The notes: a model not told the origin generated them from the letters alone. A stretch of 64,000 nt of DNA from Escherichia coli (GCF_016026235.1 NZ_CP065613.1), one strand, 5' to 3'. Shown: positions 31,690 to 41,899, counted from the stretch's first letter. Numbers and translations are program-made.

Positions 31690-32355
31690 GTGAAAAATTA
31701 TCTCTGGCTGGTGGCGCTGCTTCCCCTGCTTAGCGGGTGTGAATCGCAGGCCATTCTGGTCAAAAAAGACGACGCATACTTTGCGCCACCGAAAACCGAA
31801 GCGCCGCCTCCGGCAGACGGGCGTGCCGGGGGCGTATTTGAAACCGGCTACAACTGGTCGCTAACCGCCGATCGGCGGGCTTATCGTGTGGGCGATATCC
31901 TGACGGTGATCCTCGAAGAATCCACCCAGTCGAGCAAACAGGCGAAAACCAACTTCGGCAAAAGCAACACCGTCGATATCGGCGCGCCGACCATTTTTGG
32001 ACACACCAAAGATAAGCTTTCCGGCTCCATCGATGCCAACCGCGACTTTGACGGCAGCGCCACCTCCCAGCAGCAGAACAGTCTGCGCGGGGAGATCACC
32101 GTGTCCGTCCACGCGGTGCAGCCCAACGGCATCCTGGAAATTCGCGGCGAAAAATGGCTGACCCTCAACCAGGGCGATGAGTACATCCGTTTAAGCGGCC
32201 TTGTGCGCGCCGACGACATCCAGAACGACAACTCGGTTTCCTCCCAGCGGATCGCCGATGCCCGCATCTCCTATGCCGGACGCGGCGCGTTAAGCGACGC
32301 CAACGCCGCAGGCTGGCTGACGCGACTGTTTAACCATCCTCTGTTCCCGATTTAA
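31690..32355 (+). CDS. lfgH: lateral flagellar L-ring lipoprotein, FlgH family
   Basis: Lipobox LLSGC near the N-terminus; FlgH-like sequence. Confidence 0.9.
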   Translation: MKNYLWLVALLPLLSGCESQAILVKKDDAYFAPPKTEAPPPADGRAGGVFETGYNWSLTADRRAYRVGDILTVILEESTQSSKQAKTNFGKSNTVDIGAPTIFGHTKDKLSGSIDANRDFDGSATSQQQNSLRGEITVSVHAVQPNGILEIRGEKWLTLNQGDEYIRLSGLVRADDIQNDNSVSSQRIADARISYAGRGALSDANAAGWLTRLFNHPLFPI

Positions 32356-32369
32356 TGCCGGAGAGTGCA

Positions 32370-33470
32370 ATGCAAAACTGGATAAAGGCCGCCGTTATCG
32401 CCGTAAGCCTGGCGCTGCCCGGCGTGGCGCTGGCACAATCGCTGGAGTCGCTGGTCAACGTACAGGGCGTGCGTGAAAACCAACTGGTCGGCTACAGCCT
32501 GGTGGTCGGCCTCGACGGCACCGGTGATAAAAACCAGGTCAAATTCACCAACCAGACCATCACCAATATGCTGCGCCAGTTCGGCGTGCAATTGCCGAAT
32601 AAAATCGACCCGAAGGTGAAAAACGTCGCCGCAGTGGCGGTGAGCGCCACGTTGCCGCCGATGTACTCGCGCGGGCAGACCATTGATGTCACCGTCTCGT
32701 CGATTGGCGATGCGAAAAGTATTCGCGGCGGCACCTTGTTGCTGACCCAGCTTCACGGCGCGGATGGCGAAGTGTATGCCCTGGCGCAGGGCTGCGTGGT
32801 GGTCGGCGGGATGAACGCCACCGGGGCCAGCGGTTCCAGCGTGACGGTTAACACACCGACCGCTGGGTTAATTCCCAACGGCGCGACGGTGGAGCGCGAG
32901 ATCCCCAGCGATTTTCAGATGGGCGATACCATCACGCTTAACCTGAAACGCCCGTCATTTAAAGACGCCAACAATATTGCGGCGGCGATTAACGCCTCGT
33001 TTGGCGGCATTGCCACGGCGCAGAGTTCCACCAACGTTACCGTGCGCGCGCCCACCAGCCCCGGCGCGCGGGTGGCGTTTATGTCGCAACTGGATGATGT
33101 GCAGGTGCAGGCGGAGAAAATCCGCGCCCGCGTGGTGTTTAACTCGCGTACCGGTACGGTGGTGATGGGCGATGGCGTTGCGCTACATGCGGCGGCGGTG
33201 TCTCACGGCAGTCTGACCGTCTCGATTAACGAAACCAGCAACGTCAGCCAGCCGAATGCCTTTGCGGGCGGGCGCACGGCGGTAACGCCGCAGAGCAATA
33301 TCGCGGTGAATCATGCGCGCCCGGGCGTGGTGAGTTTGCCGGAGTCGAGCAGCCTGAAAACGCTGGTCAATGCGTTGAACAGTTTGGGCGCGACGCCGGA
33401 CGACATTATGTCGATTTTACAGGCGTTGCATGAAGCGGGCGCACTGGATGCTGACCTGGAGGTGATCTGA
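32370..33470 (+). CDS. lfgI: lateral flagellar P-ring protein, FlgI family
   Basis: Start ATG 32370 after GGAGAG; signal peptide [22 protein letters not shown]. Confidence 0.9.
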   Translation: MQNWIKAAVIAVSLALPGVALAQSLESLVNVQGVRENQLVGYSLVVGLDGTGDKNQVKFTNQTITNMLRQFGVQLPNKIDPKVKNVAAVAVSATLPPMYSRGQTIDVTVSSIGDAKSIRGGTLLLTQLHGADGEVYALAQGCVVVGGMNATGASGSSVTVNTPTAGLIPNGATVEREIPSDFQMGDTITLNLKRPSFKDANNIAAAINASFGGIATAQSSTNVTVRAPTSPGARVAFMSQLDDVQVQAEKIRARVVFNSRTGTVVMGDGVALHAAAVSHGSLTVSINETSNVSQPNAFAGGRTAVTPQSNIAVNHARPGVVSLPESSSLKTLVNALNSLGATPDDIMSILQALHEAGALDADLEVI

Positions 33471-33769
33471 TGAAAGTTAACGCCAGCGGCGGGATTGACG
33501 GCAGCGATGCGTTAATGGGGCCGAAGGTTCAGGCCAATGATATCAAGCAGGCCGCGGAGCAGTTTGAGGCGATTTTTTTACGCAACATGCTGAAAGAGAT
33601 GCGTAAAACCAACGAGCTGTTTGATTCGAAAGATAACCCGTTTAACAGCGATTCGGTGCGCATGATGCAGGGGTTTTATGACGATGAGCTGTGTAACACC
33701 CTGGCGCAGCAGCACGGGATCGGGATTGCGGCGATGATTGTGAAGCAGTTGTCGCCGAAGCATAAATGA
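33470..33769 (+). CDS. lfgJ: FlgJ-like rod-binding domain protein (no muramidase domain)
   Basis: 99-aa ORF resembling only the FlgJ N-terminal rod-binding domain (EQFEAIFLRNMLKEMRK). Confidence 0.7.
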   Translation: MKVNASGGIDGSDALMGPKVQANDIKQAAEQFEAIFLRNMLKEMRKTNELFDSKDNPFNSDSVRMMQGFYDDELCNTLAQQHGIGIAAMIVKQLSPKHK

Positions 33770-33784
33770 GGTTCCGGCGTTCGG

Positions 33785-34060
33785 CGCACGGTGCCTGATG
33801 CGACGCTGACGCGTCTTATCAGGCCTACGAGTCGCCCGTATGTAGGCCGGATAAGGCGTTCACGCCGCATCCGGCATTTGGTGCACGGTGCCTGATGCGA
33901 CGCTGACGCGTCTTATCAGGCCTACGAATCGCCCGTATGTAGGCCGGATAAGGCGTTCACGCCGCATCCGGCATTTGGTGCACGGTGCCTGATGCGACGC
34001 TGACGCGTCTTATCAGGCCTACGAGTCGCCCGTATGTAGGCCGGATAAGGCGTTCACGCC
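33785..34060. repeat. tandem BIME array, about three copies of a ~98 bp unit
   Basis: Unit cacggtgcctgatgcgacgctgacgcgtcttatcaggcctacga[g/a]tcgcccgtatgtaggccggataaggcgttcacgccgcatccggcatttggtg repeated head-to-tail. Confidence 0.9.
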
Positions 34061-34097
34061 GCTTTTAACCGGCACGATTTACCGGTAAGGATCCAAC

Positions 34098-35474
34098 ATG
34101 GACATGATTAACATCGGCTACAGCGGCGCATCAACCGCGCAGGTGGAGCTGAACGTCACGGCGCAAAACACCGCCAACGCCATGACCACGGGCTACACCC
34201 GCCAGGTGGCGGAGATCAGCACCATCGGCGCCAGCGGCGGTTCGCCGAACAGCGCCGGTAACGGCGTGCAGGTCGACAGCATTCGCCGCGTCTCTAACCA
34301 GTATCAGGTGAATCAGGTGTGGTATGCCGCCAGCGATTACGGCTATTACAGCACCCAGCAGGAGTATCTCACGCAACTGGAAGCGGTATTGAGCGACGAT
34401 AACAGCAGCCTGAGCGGCGGGTTCGATAACTTCTTCGCCGCCCTTAACGAAGCGACCACCAGCCCTGATGATTCCGCCCTGCGCGAGCAGGTGATCAGCG
34501 AAGCCGGGGCGCTGTCGTTGCGTATCGATAACACACTCGATTACGTCGACTCGCAAAGCACGGAAATCATCAGCCAGCAGCAGGCGATGGTGTCGCAAAT
34601 CAATACGCTCACCAGCGGCATCGCCAGCTATAACAAGCAAATCGCCCAGGCCGAAGCCAACGGTGATAACGCCTCTGCGCTGTACGACGCCCGCGATCAG
34701 ATGGTGGAAGAACTCAGCGGGATGATGGATGTGCAGGTTAATATCTACGACCAGGGCAACTACAACGTCACGCTGAAAAATGGTCAGCCGCTGGTGAGCG
34801 GGCAGCAAAGTTCGACCATCGCGCTGGAAACCAACGCCGATGGCACGCCGACCATGTCGCTGACCTTCGCTGGCACTACCTCGACGATGACCACCGACAC
34901 CGGCGGTTCATTAGGCGCACTGTTTGATTATCAAAACGACGTCCTGACGCCGCTGACCGACACCATCAACAGCATGGCGTCGCAGTTTGCCGATGCGGTC
35001 AACAACCAGCTGGCGCAGGGCTACGATCTCAATGGTAACTCCGGCGAGCCGCTGTTTATCTATGACGCCAGCAACGCCGATGGCCCGCTGACCGTTAACC
35101 CGGTTATCACCGCCGATGAGCTGGCGTTTTCCAGTTCACCGGACGAAAGCGGCAACAGCGACAACCTCCAGGCGCTGATCAACATCTCCACCGAACCGCT
35201 GGAGATCGACAATCTTGGCAGCGTGACGGTCGGGCAGGCGTGCTCGTCAATCATCAGCAATATCGGCATCTACAGTCAGCAAAACCAGACGGAAGTCGAT
35301 GCTGCGTCCAATGTCTATTCCGAAGCGCAAAACCAGCAGAGCAGCGTCAGCGGCGTTAGCATGGACGAAGAAGCGGTGAACCTGATCACCTATCAACAAA
35401 TTTATGAAGCCAATCTGAAAGTCATTTCCGCCGGGGCCGAGATTTTCGATTCGGTGCTGGAAATGTGCAGCTAA
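34098..35474 (+). CDS. lfgK: lateral flagellar hook-associated protein 1, FlgK family
   Basis: 458-aa ORF with FlgK-like N-terminus and C-terminal helices. Confidence 0.85.
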   Translation: MDMINIGYSGASTAQVELNVTAQNTANAMTTGYTRQVAEISTIGASGGSPNSAGNGVQVDSIRRVSNQYQVNQVWYAASDYGYYSTQQEYLTQLEAVLSDDNSSLSGGFDNFFAALNEATTSPDDSALREQVISEAGALSLRIDNTLDYVDSQSTEIISQQQAMVSQINTLTSGIASYNKQIAQAEANGDNASALYDARDQMVEELSGMMDVQVNIYDQGNYNVTLKNGQPLVSGQQSSTIALETNADGTPTMSLTFAGTTSTMTTDTGGSLGALFDYQNDVLTPLTDTINSMASQFADAVNNQLAQGYDLNGNSGEPLFIYDASNADGPLTVNPVITADELAFSSSPDESGNSDNLQALINISTEPLEIDNLGSVTVGQACSSIISNIGIYSQQNQTEVDAASNVYSEAQNQQSSVSGVSMDEEAVNLITYQQIYEANLKVISAGAEIFDSVLEMCS

Positions 35475-35488
35475 GCGGGAGCGCGAAA

Positions 35489-36418
35489 ATGCGAGTAACC
35501 ACCCAACAAACCTACGTCTCGATGACGCAAAGTTTTAATAATCTCTCCGGCGATCTGGCGCACGTGGTCGAGCAGATGGCAACCGGTAAGCAGATTTTGC
35601 AGCCGTCGGATGACCCGATCGCCGCCACGCGCATCACCCAGTTAAACCGCCAGCAGTCGGCGATTGAACAGTATCAGAGCAATATCGACTCCGCGTCGGC
35701 GGGGTTAAGCCAGCAGGAATCGATTCTCGATGGCGTCAACAACAGCCTGCTGGCGGTGCGCGACGACCTACTGGAAGCGGCGAACGGCACCAATACCGCC
35801 GATTCGCTCGCAAGCCTCGGCCAGGATATTGAGACGCTCACCGAATCGATGGTCGCGGCGCTGAACTATCAGGATGAAGACGGGCACTACGTGTTTGGCG
35901 GCACCATCAACGATCAGCCGCCGATTGTGGCAGTGGACGATGATGGCGATGGTGTCACCGACAGCTATAGCTACCAGGGCAACAGCGACCACCGCCAGAC
36001 CACCGTATCGAACGGCGTGGAAGTGGATACCAACGTGGCGGCGAGCGATTTCTTCGGCAGCAATTTAGACGTGCTCAACACGCTCAATTCGCTCTCGCAG
36101 GAGTTGCAAAACCCCAACGTTGACCCGGCAGATCCGCAGGTGCAGAGTGATATTCAGAACGCCGTTGATGTGGTGGACACCGCCTCGGACGACCTCAACG
36201 CCTCGATTGCGTCACTCGGCGAGACGCAGAACACCATGTCGATGTTGAGCGATGCGCAGACCGATATCTCTACCTCTAATGATGAGTTGATTGGTTCATT
36301 ACAGGATCTCGATTACGGCCCGGCGTCGATCACCTTTACCGGACTGGAAGTGGCAATGGAAGCTACCCTCAAGACTTACTCGAAGGTGAGTGAGTTGAAT
36401 TTGTTCAGCGTTCTCTAA
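35489..36418 (+). CDS. lfgL: lateral flagellar hook-associated protein 3, FlgL family
   Basis: Start at MRVTTQQTYVSM; flagellin-like N-domain motif QPSDDPIAA. Confidence 0.8.
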   Translation: MRVTTQQTYVSMTQSFNNLSGDLAHVVEQMATGKQILQPSDDPIAATRITQLNRQQSAIEQYQSNIDSASAGLSQQESILDGVNNSLLAVRDDLLEAANGTNTADSLASLGQDIETLTESMVAALNYQDEDGHYVFGGTINDQPPIVAVDDDGDGVTDSYSYQGNSDHRQTTVSNGVEVDTNVAASDFFGSNLDVLNTLNSLSQELQNPNVDPADPQVQSDIQNAVDVVDTASDDLNASIASLGETQNTMSMLSDAQTDISTSNDELIGSLQDLDYGPASITFTGLEVAMEATLKTYSKVSELNLFSVL

Positions 36419-36434
36419 CTCTTTCAGGAACAGT

Positions 36435-37412
36435 ATGCAGGTCGGACTTACTTCTTCGTCACTCGCCACCGGCGGCGCGCACAGCGCTGCGGTATCGTCG
36501 TCAACCGTTGCGCCCACTCAGGCGGTGCGGCAAAAGCTCCCGGTGACGGCGAGTGAATATCCGGCCTCGCCGCTGATTACCACTCGCCCGCAGCGTTACA
36601 GCGTGCAGCTTAACGACCAGCTCACCACGTTGCAGCAGGCGGATCACTACCTCGGGCAACTGGAGCAGCAGTTGCTCGATTATCGTCATAGCCAGCGTAA
36701 GGGCGGGCAGGCGCAGAGTTCGGCGCTGATGCAGATGCTGGACAAACGCACCGCGCTTTCCGGCGGCGCGGTGGACCGCCAGTTACAGCCGGTGTTGCAG
36801 GGTGAAGCGCGGGTGACCTTTCACTCACCAGATCTGGCAAATCTGGTACACAATTCCACGCCGGGAACGCGTATGTTCAGCGTCTCTGACGGGCGACAGA
36901 CGCAGCTTTCGGCGGTAATGCTATCTGATGATGACAACGCCGGGCAGTATCAGACGCGGCTGACCAACGCCCTGCGCCGCGTGGGCGTGCAGCTACATCA
37001 GCAAGCGGATGGCATCAGTTTCTCCACCACTGAAAAACAGTGGCCCCATATCGAGCGCACCTTAAGCGTGCGTACCGATGGCGATAAATCAGCATTTATG
37101 CCGCTGAAAACCTTTGCTGAGCCGTCACAGGCGGACCGCTTAGCGCAAAGCCTGCAACAGGGCGGGGCGGGGATTTCTCAAATGCTGGAAAACATTAATC
37201 AGCAGCGCGCGCAGATGGCGGTGCAGCAGGAAAAAGCCCGCCAATTGATCGACGGCATGTCCCGCTTCCCGCAAACGGAAAATGCGGTGCAGGCATCGGA
37301 AAACCTCGGCGGCGTACTCGACAGCGCCAATCATAACTATCAGGTGTTATTGCAGGCGGTGAACGGCCAGGCGCGAATTTCCAGCCAGACGGTGAGGAAT
37401 TTATTGGGGTAG
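36435..37412 (+). CDS. lafW: Flag-2 protein of unknown function, LafW-like
   Basis: 325-aa Gln/Ala-rich ORF co-directional with lfgKL; symbol assigned by position. Confidence 0.5.
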   Translation: MQVGLTSSSLATGGAHSAAVSSSTVAPTQAVRQKLPVTASEYPASPLITTRPQRYSVQLNDQLTTLQQADHYLGQLEQQLLDYRHSQRKGGQAQSSALMQMLDKRTALSGGAVDRQLQPVLQGEARVTFHSPDLANLVHNSTPGTRMFSVSDGRQTQLSAVMLSDDDNAGQYQTRLTNALRRVGVQLHQQADGISFSTTEKQWPHIERTLSVRTDGDKSAFMPLKTFAEPSQADRLAQSLQQGGAGISQMLENINQQRAQMAVQQEKARQLIDGMSRFPQTENAVQASENLGGVLDSANHNYQVLLQAVNGQARISSQTVRNLLG

Positions 37413-37661
37413 GGTTATTGAAAATCAAACAAATGAGGCTGTCGCAAAAAATCATTTCAGTGCAGAATATGCTATAAATCTGCGGGTTAAAAAGGAATGA
37501 AATGGCCACTCTCAAGCAACTGATGGATAAGCAAAGCCCCGAAAGTCGTAGGCGAATAATTAAAAAAACAGAACGAATCCGGCAAACTATAATTAACAAA
37601 AAATTAGAGTTACCAATAACTACAACTATCAGTAATTCCGATTGATTTCATTCGGAATTTT

Positions 37662-37702
37662 CGTAGGCCGGATAAGACGCGTTTAGCGTCGCATCCGGCA
37701 TT
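37662..37702. repeat. REP element
   Basis: gtaggccggataagacgcgtttagcgtcgcatccggc. Confidence 0.75.
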
Positions 37703-37714
37703 TATTAGCGCTCA

Positions 37715-38557
37715 TCAGCATTTCTGCACAGTATTTAACAACTTCTCTAAATTCTGGTACATCGCGCTATTAATATCACTATTCTGCCAGCCTTCCACAT
37801 TAAACGTTAATTGCCAGCTACCATTGCACTGGTTGCGCAGAACAATATCACTTTCCAGTCGGTTGCGAACATATTTATAATAGGTTGTCATTGTCATATT
37901 ATGCGCTGACAATAAATTATCGAGTTTGTCTTTCCCTGGTGCGAGGGTTTGTGAAAGTAACGGTGCGGAATTATTTTCTTTTCCAGAACTAAGATGAAAT
38001 ATTTTTATTCTTGGACTATTAACGGATTCTTTTACCAGCTGCGGGGCGTCAGGTGTATTTTTTAAGTGTGAATAACCCACGGTCGAGCCAATAAATATAA
38101 CAGCCGCGGTCAAGGCTAACCCCATCAGTCCTTTATGTTTTTTTCTAACAGGCACAGGCGGTGTTGTCGAAGATATCTCTTCTGGCGCTGTTTCTTTTAT
38201 CTGGTCGGTAATAATCAGCGCTTCCGCAGGCGATGACTCCGGCAAAGACACATACTCTTTATTGCATAAGTAACCTTTCTTCGGAATTGTTTTAATAATG
38301 TTCTGTTGTTTGCCATCATCGTCGATAGCAACGCGCAACGCATGAATCGCCGTCGGCAGGCTGTTACCGCCGACAATGCGGTTCTTCCATACTTCGGCAC
38401 ATAAATAAGATCGCGATAAAACTACATCGGCATTTTTTGCTAATGTTTCCAGCAAAATAAAATGGTATTCGCCGAGACGACGTGTTTCACCCGTTTCGCA
38501 ATGTATTAAGGCATTAAGCGACGGGTCCATCCGCCAGTTGTTGATAATAATACTCAT
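37715..38557 (-). CDS. lafZ: membrane-anchored ToxR/CadC-like winged-helix transcriptional regulator (probable)
   Basis: AT-rich ORF; OmpR/ToxR-type DNA-binding region then a TM segment (LMGLALTAAVIFIGSTV) and periplasmic domain; start taken at MSIIINNWRMD (ORF-track start 38614). Confidence 0.55.
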   Translation of the reverse strand: MSIIINNWRMDPSLNALIHCETGETRRLGEYHFILLETLAKNADVVLSRSYLCAEVWKNRIVGGNSLPTAIHALRVAIDDDGKQQNIIKTIPKKGYLCNKEYVSLPESSPAEALIITDQIKETAPEEISSTTPPVPVRKKHKGLMGLALTAAVIFIGSTVGYSHLKNTPDAPQLVKESVNSPRIKIFHLSSGKENNSAPLLSQTLAPGKDKLDNLLSAHNMTMTTYYKYVRNRLESDIVLRNQCNGSWQLTFNVEGWQNSDINSAMYQNLEKLLNTVQKC

Positions 38558-39042
38558 AGTTGAGTTTACCTTAGCAAGGGATAAATGTTCCTGATAGTGC
38601 TTTGCATAAAGCACAGTCTTATACGTCCCTGAGAAGATGATTTTTCTGCGTGATAATTAATATTTTATGGTAATAGGATTATTCTTAATCACTATATGGC
38701 GTGGAAATGTAACGAAATGACAGGACAGGTACAATAGCCAAATGTGTACTATTTGCAACGCAATGTAAATTTTGGCATCAGTACATTGAGAAGAAAACGC
38801 ATTAATTGATGGTAATCTTAACTATATCAAGCGTTTGATAAAGACATATTTTGATACCTGGCCATGTGGCAGATATTGCTAATAATCTTTTTATCTGAAT
38901 TTAAACTCTGCTTTTTTTTAGCTAAAAGTGGCATCAGATAATACGTAGCGAAAATTTTTTCATAGCGATTTTAAGTTTGCTCCTGAGGTGTCGTTTTTAC
39001 AGGGTATCGAAACGAAAACGATTAATCCCAAGGAGCAGTATC

Positions 39043-39957
39043 ATGTTATCTATTAACACCAATAACGCCTCAATGGCCGCCGTTAATGCAATCAGCAAAA
39101 GCAGCTCTTCTCTGTCTACATCTATGGAACGCCTGGCGACAGGTAACCGGATTAACTCTTCTGCCGATGACGCCGCAGGCAAACAAATTGCTAACCGTCT
39201 GACTGCACAGTCCAGCGGTATGGGCGTGGCGCTGAGCAACATCAATGATGCCACCGCGATGCTGCAAACCGCTGACAGCATGTTCGACGAAATGTCTGAC
39301 GTGCTGGGCCGTATGAAAGACCTGTCAACTCAGGCAGCGAACGGCACCTACAGCGACGACGATCTGCAGGCGATGCAGGACGAATACGACGAACTGGGTC
39401 AGCAGATGTCTGACATGCTGCAAAATACCACTTACGGCGGTACCAACCTGTTCGGTGTTTCCGGTACCAGCAACACCGGTACTGACGGTCTGTTCCAGAG
39501 CGCGGTAACTTTCCAGGTGGGCGCGGAATCTTCCGACACCATGACCGTGAATATTTCAAGCCAGCTGAATACCCTGGTGACGGATCTTTCTGCTATCAGC
39601 AACTCCTTCAGTGCGGATCAGGCAGACACCACGGGTACTGCAGGCGTGTCTGGCGGTACTGAGCTGACTGCGTCTGGCTCGGCTAACCAGATGATCACCA
39701 GCATTTCTACCGCGATGGATGACGTGTCGCAGATCCAGTCCAAACTGGGTGCGTCTATTAACCGTCTGAACGACACTGCCAACAACCTGACCAGCATGCA
39801 GGACAACACCGAAGTCGCTATCGGTAACATCATGGATACCGACTACGCGACGGAAGCGTCCAACATGACCAAACAGCAGGTGCTGATGCAAACCGGCATC
39901 ACCATGCTGAAACAGTCCAACAGCATGTCCAGCATGGTTTCCAGCCTGCTGCAGTAA
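39043..39957 (+). CDS. lafA: lateral flagellin
   Basis: Start ATG 39043 after AGGAG; conserved flagellin N-terminus (MLSINTNNASMAAVNAISKSSSSL) and C-terminus (LMQTGITMLKQSNSMSSMVSSLLQ). Confidence 0.9.
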   Translation: MLSINTNNASMAAVNAISKSSSSLSTSMERLATGNRINSSADDAAGKQIANRLTAQSSGMGVALSNINDATAMLQTADSMFDEMSDVLGRMKDLSTQAANGTYSDDDLQAMQDEYDELGQQMSDMLQNTTYGGTNLFGVSGTSNTGTDGLFQSAVTFQVGAESSDTMTVNISSQLNTLVTDLSAISNSFSADQADTTGTAGVSGGTELTASGSANQMITSISTAMDDVSQIQSKLGASINRLNDTANNLTSMQDNTEVAIGNIMDTDYATEASNMTKQQVLMQTGITMLKQSNSMSSMVSSLLQ

Positions 39958-39967
39958 TGGCGGACTT

Positions 39968-40000
39968 GCCGGATGCGGCGTAAACGCCTTATTCGGCCTA
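39968..40000. repeat. REP element downstream of lafA
   Basis: ccggatgcggcgtaaacgccttattcggcctac. Confidence 0.75.
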
Positions 40001-40004
40001 CGAA

Positions 40005-40033
40005 CAACACCGCCTGCGGGCGGTGTTGTGCTT
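40005..40033 (+). terminator. rho-independent terminator after lafA
   Basis: Hairpin aacaccgcc-tgcg-ggcggtgtt followed by a T-rich tract. Confidence 0.5.
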
Positions 40034-40116
40034 TCTGCGGCAGGCTTTTTTCCGCCAGACCGGAAACGCCATTTCCGCCAGTTTTTCAATCTATTGATTA
40101 TTCACATAAAAAATAT

Positions 40117-40131
40117 TGGCACGCCTTTTGC
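40117..40131 (+). promoter_or_regulatory. sigma-54 promoter upstream of lafB (TGGCACG-N4-TTGC)
   Basis: tggcacgccttttgc is a full match to the -24 GG / -12 GC consensus, 33 nt upstream of the lafB start. Confidence 0.65.
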
Positions 40132-40163
40132 CAATAACCTGACATCGTTACCCGGAGTCATCA

Positions 40164-41480
40164 ATGATCAACCCAAGAACCATTGCGCAAGAAATCGCGT
40201 ATGCGGATGTTGCCACTCAGGCGGCAAACTTGCAGGAAAAGCAAACGGAGCTGGATGCCGAAAGCAGCGGCCTGGACTCGCTCAGCTCAGCGTTGAGCGA
40301 TTTCCAGAGCGCCGTCGACGCGCTGAACAGCGATACCGACGGCCCGGTGACTTTTGCCGCCACCAGCAATAATGACTCGGCGACTGTTTCCGCTAACTCG
40401 CAGGCGCAGGCGGGAAGCTACTCATTTTTCGTTGAGCAACTGGCGCAGGGGCAGCAAACCACGTTCAGTATGGGCGACGACGCCTTTTCCGCCACCGGCA
40501 CTTTTGAACTGACGATGGGCGACAGCACCATGGATATCGATCTGTCTGCGGCAGATCAGAACGGTGACGGCGACGGTTATATCGACGCCAGCGAGCTGGT
40601 GAGCGCGATTAACGACTCCGACGATAATCCGGGCGTTTCAGCGGCACTGGTAAAAACCGACGGCACCACCACGATAATGTTCACCTCGGATAGCACCGGG
40701 GCGCAGAGCGCGTTTTCGGTGAGCGTAACGGGGCATGACGCCAGCAACGATAGCACCAGCGCGCCCGTTGCCACGGATGTTTCCTCAGCCCAGGACGCGA
40801 TTATTCATCTCGGCAGCGCCACGGGGCCAGCCATCACCAACAGCAGCAACACTTTTGATGATGTGATCCCCGGCGTCACCATGACCTTTAGCGAAGTCAG
40901 CGACTCTGACAGCGATCTCACCACCTTTAACATTAGCGAAGATTCCAGCGCCACCGAAGACAAAGTGCAGACCTTTGTCGATGCCTATAACACGCTGATT
41001 GATACCGTCGATTCACTGACCACCAGCGGCAGCGACAGTACCAGCGCCGGGGTTTTTGCCGGAGATGCGGGACTCAGCTCACTGGCAAACCAGCTCGATG
41101 ACATCGCCCACGCCAGCTACAACGGCGAGTCGATTGTCGATTACGGCATTACGCTCGACTCCAATGGCCATTTGCAGATCGACTCTGATCAGTTCAACGA
41201 CGCGATGAAAAGTGACCCTGACGGTCTGACCTCTATTTTCGTTGGCGACAACAGCATGGTGGCGCAGATGGACGACCTGATTAACACCTACACGGACTCC
41301 AGCAACGGCATCATCACCCTGCGCCAGCAGAACATTGACGATCAGATGAGCAAAATTCAGGACGAAGGCGATCAGCTTACCGATACCTATAACGCCAACT
41401 ACGACCGTTATCTCGAGGAGTACACCAACACGCTGGTCGAGGTGTACACCATGAAAGCCAGCATGGCGGCATTCGCGTAA
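40164..41480 (+). CDS. lafB: lateral flagellar filament cap protein (HAP2), FliD family
   Basis: 438-aa ORF; motif VQTFVDAYNTLIDTVDSLT matches the FliD C-terminal region. Confidence 0.8.
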   Translation: MINPRTIAQEIAYADVATQAANLQEKQTELDAESSGLDSLSSALSDFQSAVDALNSDTDGPVTFAATSNNDSATVSANSQAQAGSYSFFVEQLAQGQQTTFSMGDDAFSATGTFELTMGDSTMDIDLSAADQNGDGDGYIDASELVSAINDSDDNPGVSAALVKTDGTTTIMFTSDSTGAQSAFSVSVTGHDASNDSTSAPVATDVSSAQDAIIHLGSATGPAITNSSNTFDDVIPGVTMTFSEVSDSDSDLTTFNISEDSSATEDKVQTFVDAYNTLIDTVDSLTTSGSDSTSAGVFAGDAGLSSLANQLDDIAHASYNGESIVDYGITLDSNGHLQIDSDQFNDAMKSDPDGLTSIFVGDNSMVAQMDDLINTYTDSSNGIITLRQQNIDDQMSKIQDEGDQLTDTYNANYDRYLEEYTNTLVEVYTMKASMAAFA

Positions 41481-41502
41481 CTCAGAAGGAATATCCCTAA
41501 AG

Positions 41503-41895
41503 ATGTACCAAGTACAGGACGGCTATTCACAATATAAAGAGATCGATCTCGCGGCGCGTACTGCGGCGGCATCGCCTCTGGAACTGGTGCTGGTGCTGTT
41601 TTCTGGCCTGATGGACGAGCTGGAACGCGCCAAAAGCCATATTGAAGGGCGGCGTTTCGAGAAGAAAGCCCAGAGCATCAATAAATGCATCGACATTCTC
41701 AATGCGCTCACCAGTTCGCTGGAGTTTGAAACTGGCGGCGAGCTGGTGGTCAACCTTTCGCGACTCTATGACCACTGCGTTTACCGATTGTATGAGGCCA
41801 GCGGCGAACTGTCGGCAGAGAAAATCGATGAAGTGATGCTGATCTTAAGCAACCTGCGCGAAGGCTGGGAAGGGCTTTCGGGCAAGCTGGGTTAA
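41503..41895 (+). CDS. lafC: flagellin-specific chaperone, FliS family
   Basis: 130-aa four-helix-bundle-like ORF with FliS-like sequence. Confidence 0.8.
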   Translation: MYQVQDGYSQYKEIDLAARTAAASPLELVLVLFSGLMDELERAKSHIEGRRFEKKAQSINKCIDILNALTSSLEFETGGELVVNLSRLYDHCVYRLYEASGELSAEKIDEVMLILSNLREGWEGLSGKLG

Positions 41896-41899
41896 GACG

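Noticed and set aside
33785-34060. Tandem ~98-bp repeats that at first glance resemble a CRISPR array
   Set aside because: Units are contiguous, with no unique spacers, and are built from the REP palindromes found all over the window; no cas genes nearby. Called BIME tandem repeats.
38972-39000. Possible sigma-28 promoter upstream of lafA
   Set aside because: Only a partial match (TTAAGTTT-N11-GTCGTTTT), with a poor -10 element. Kept as a hypothesis, not called as a feature.
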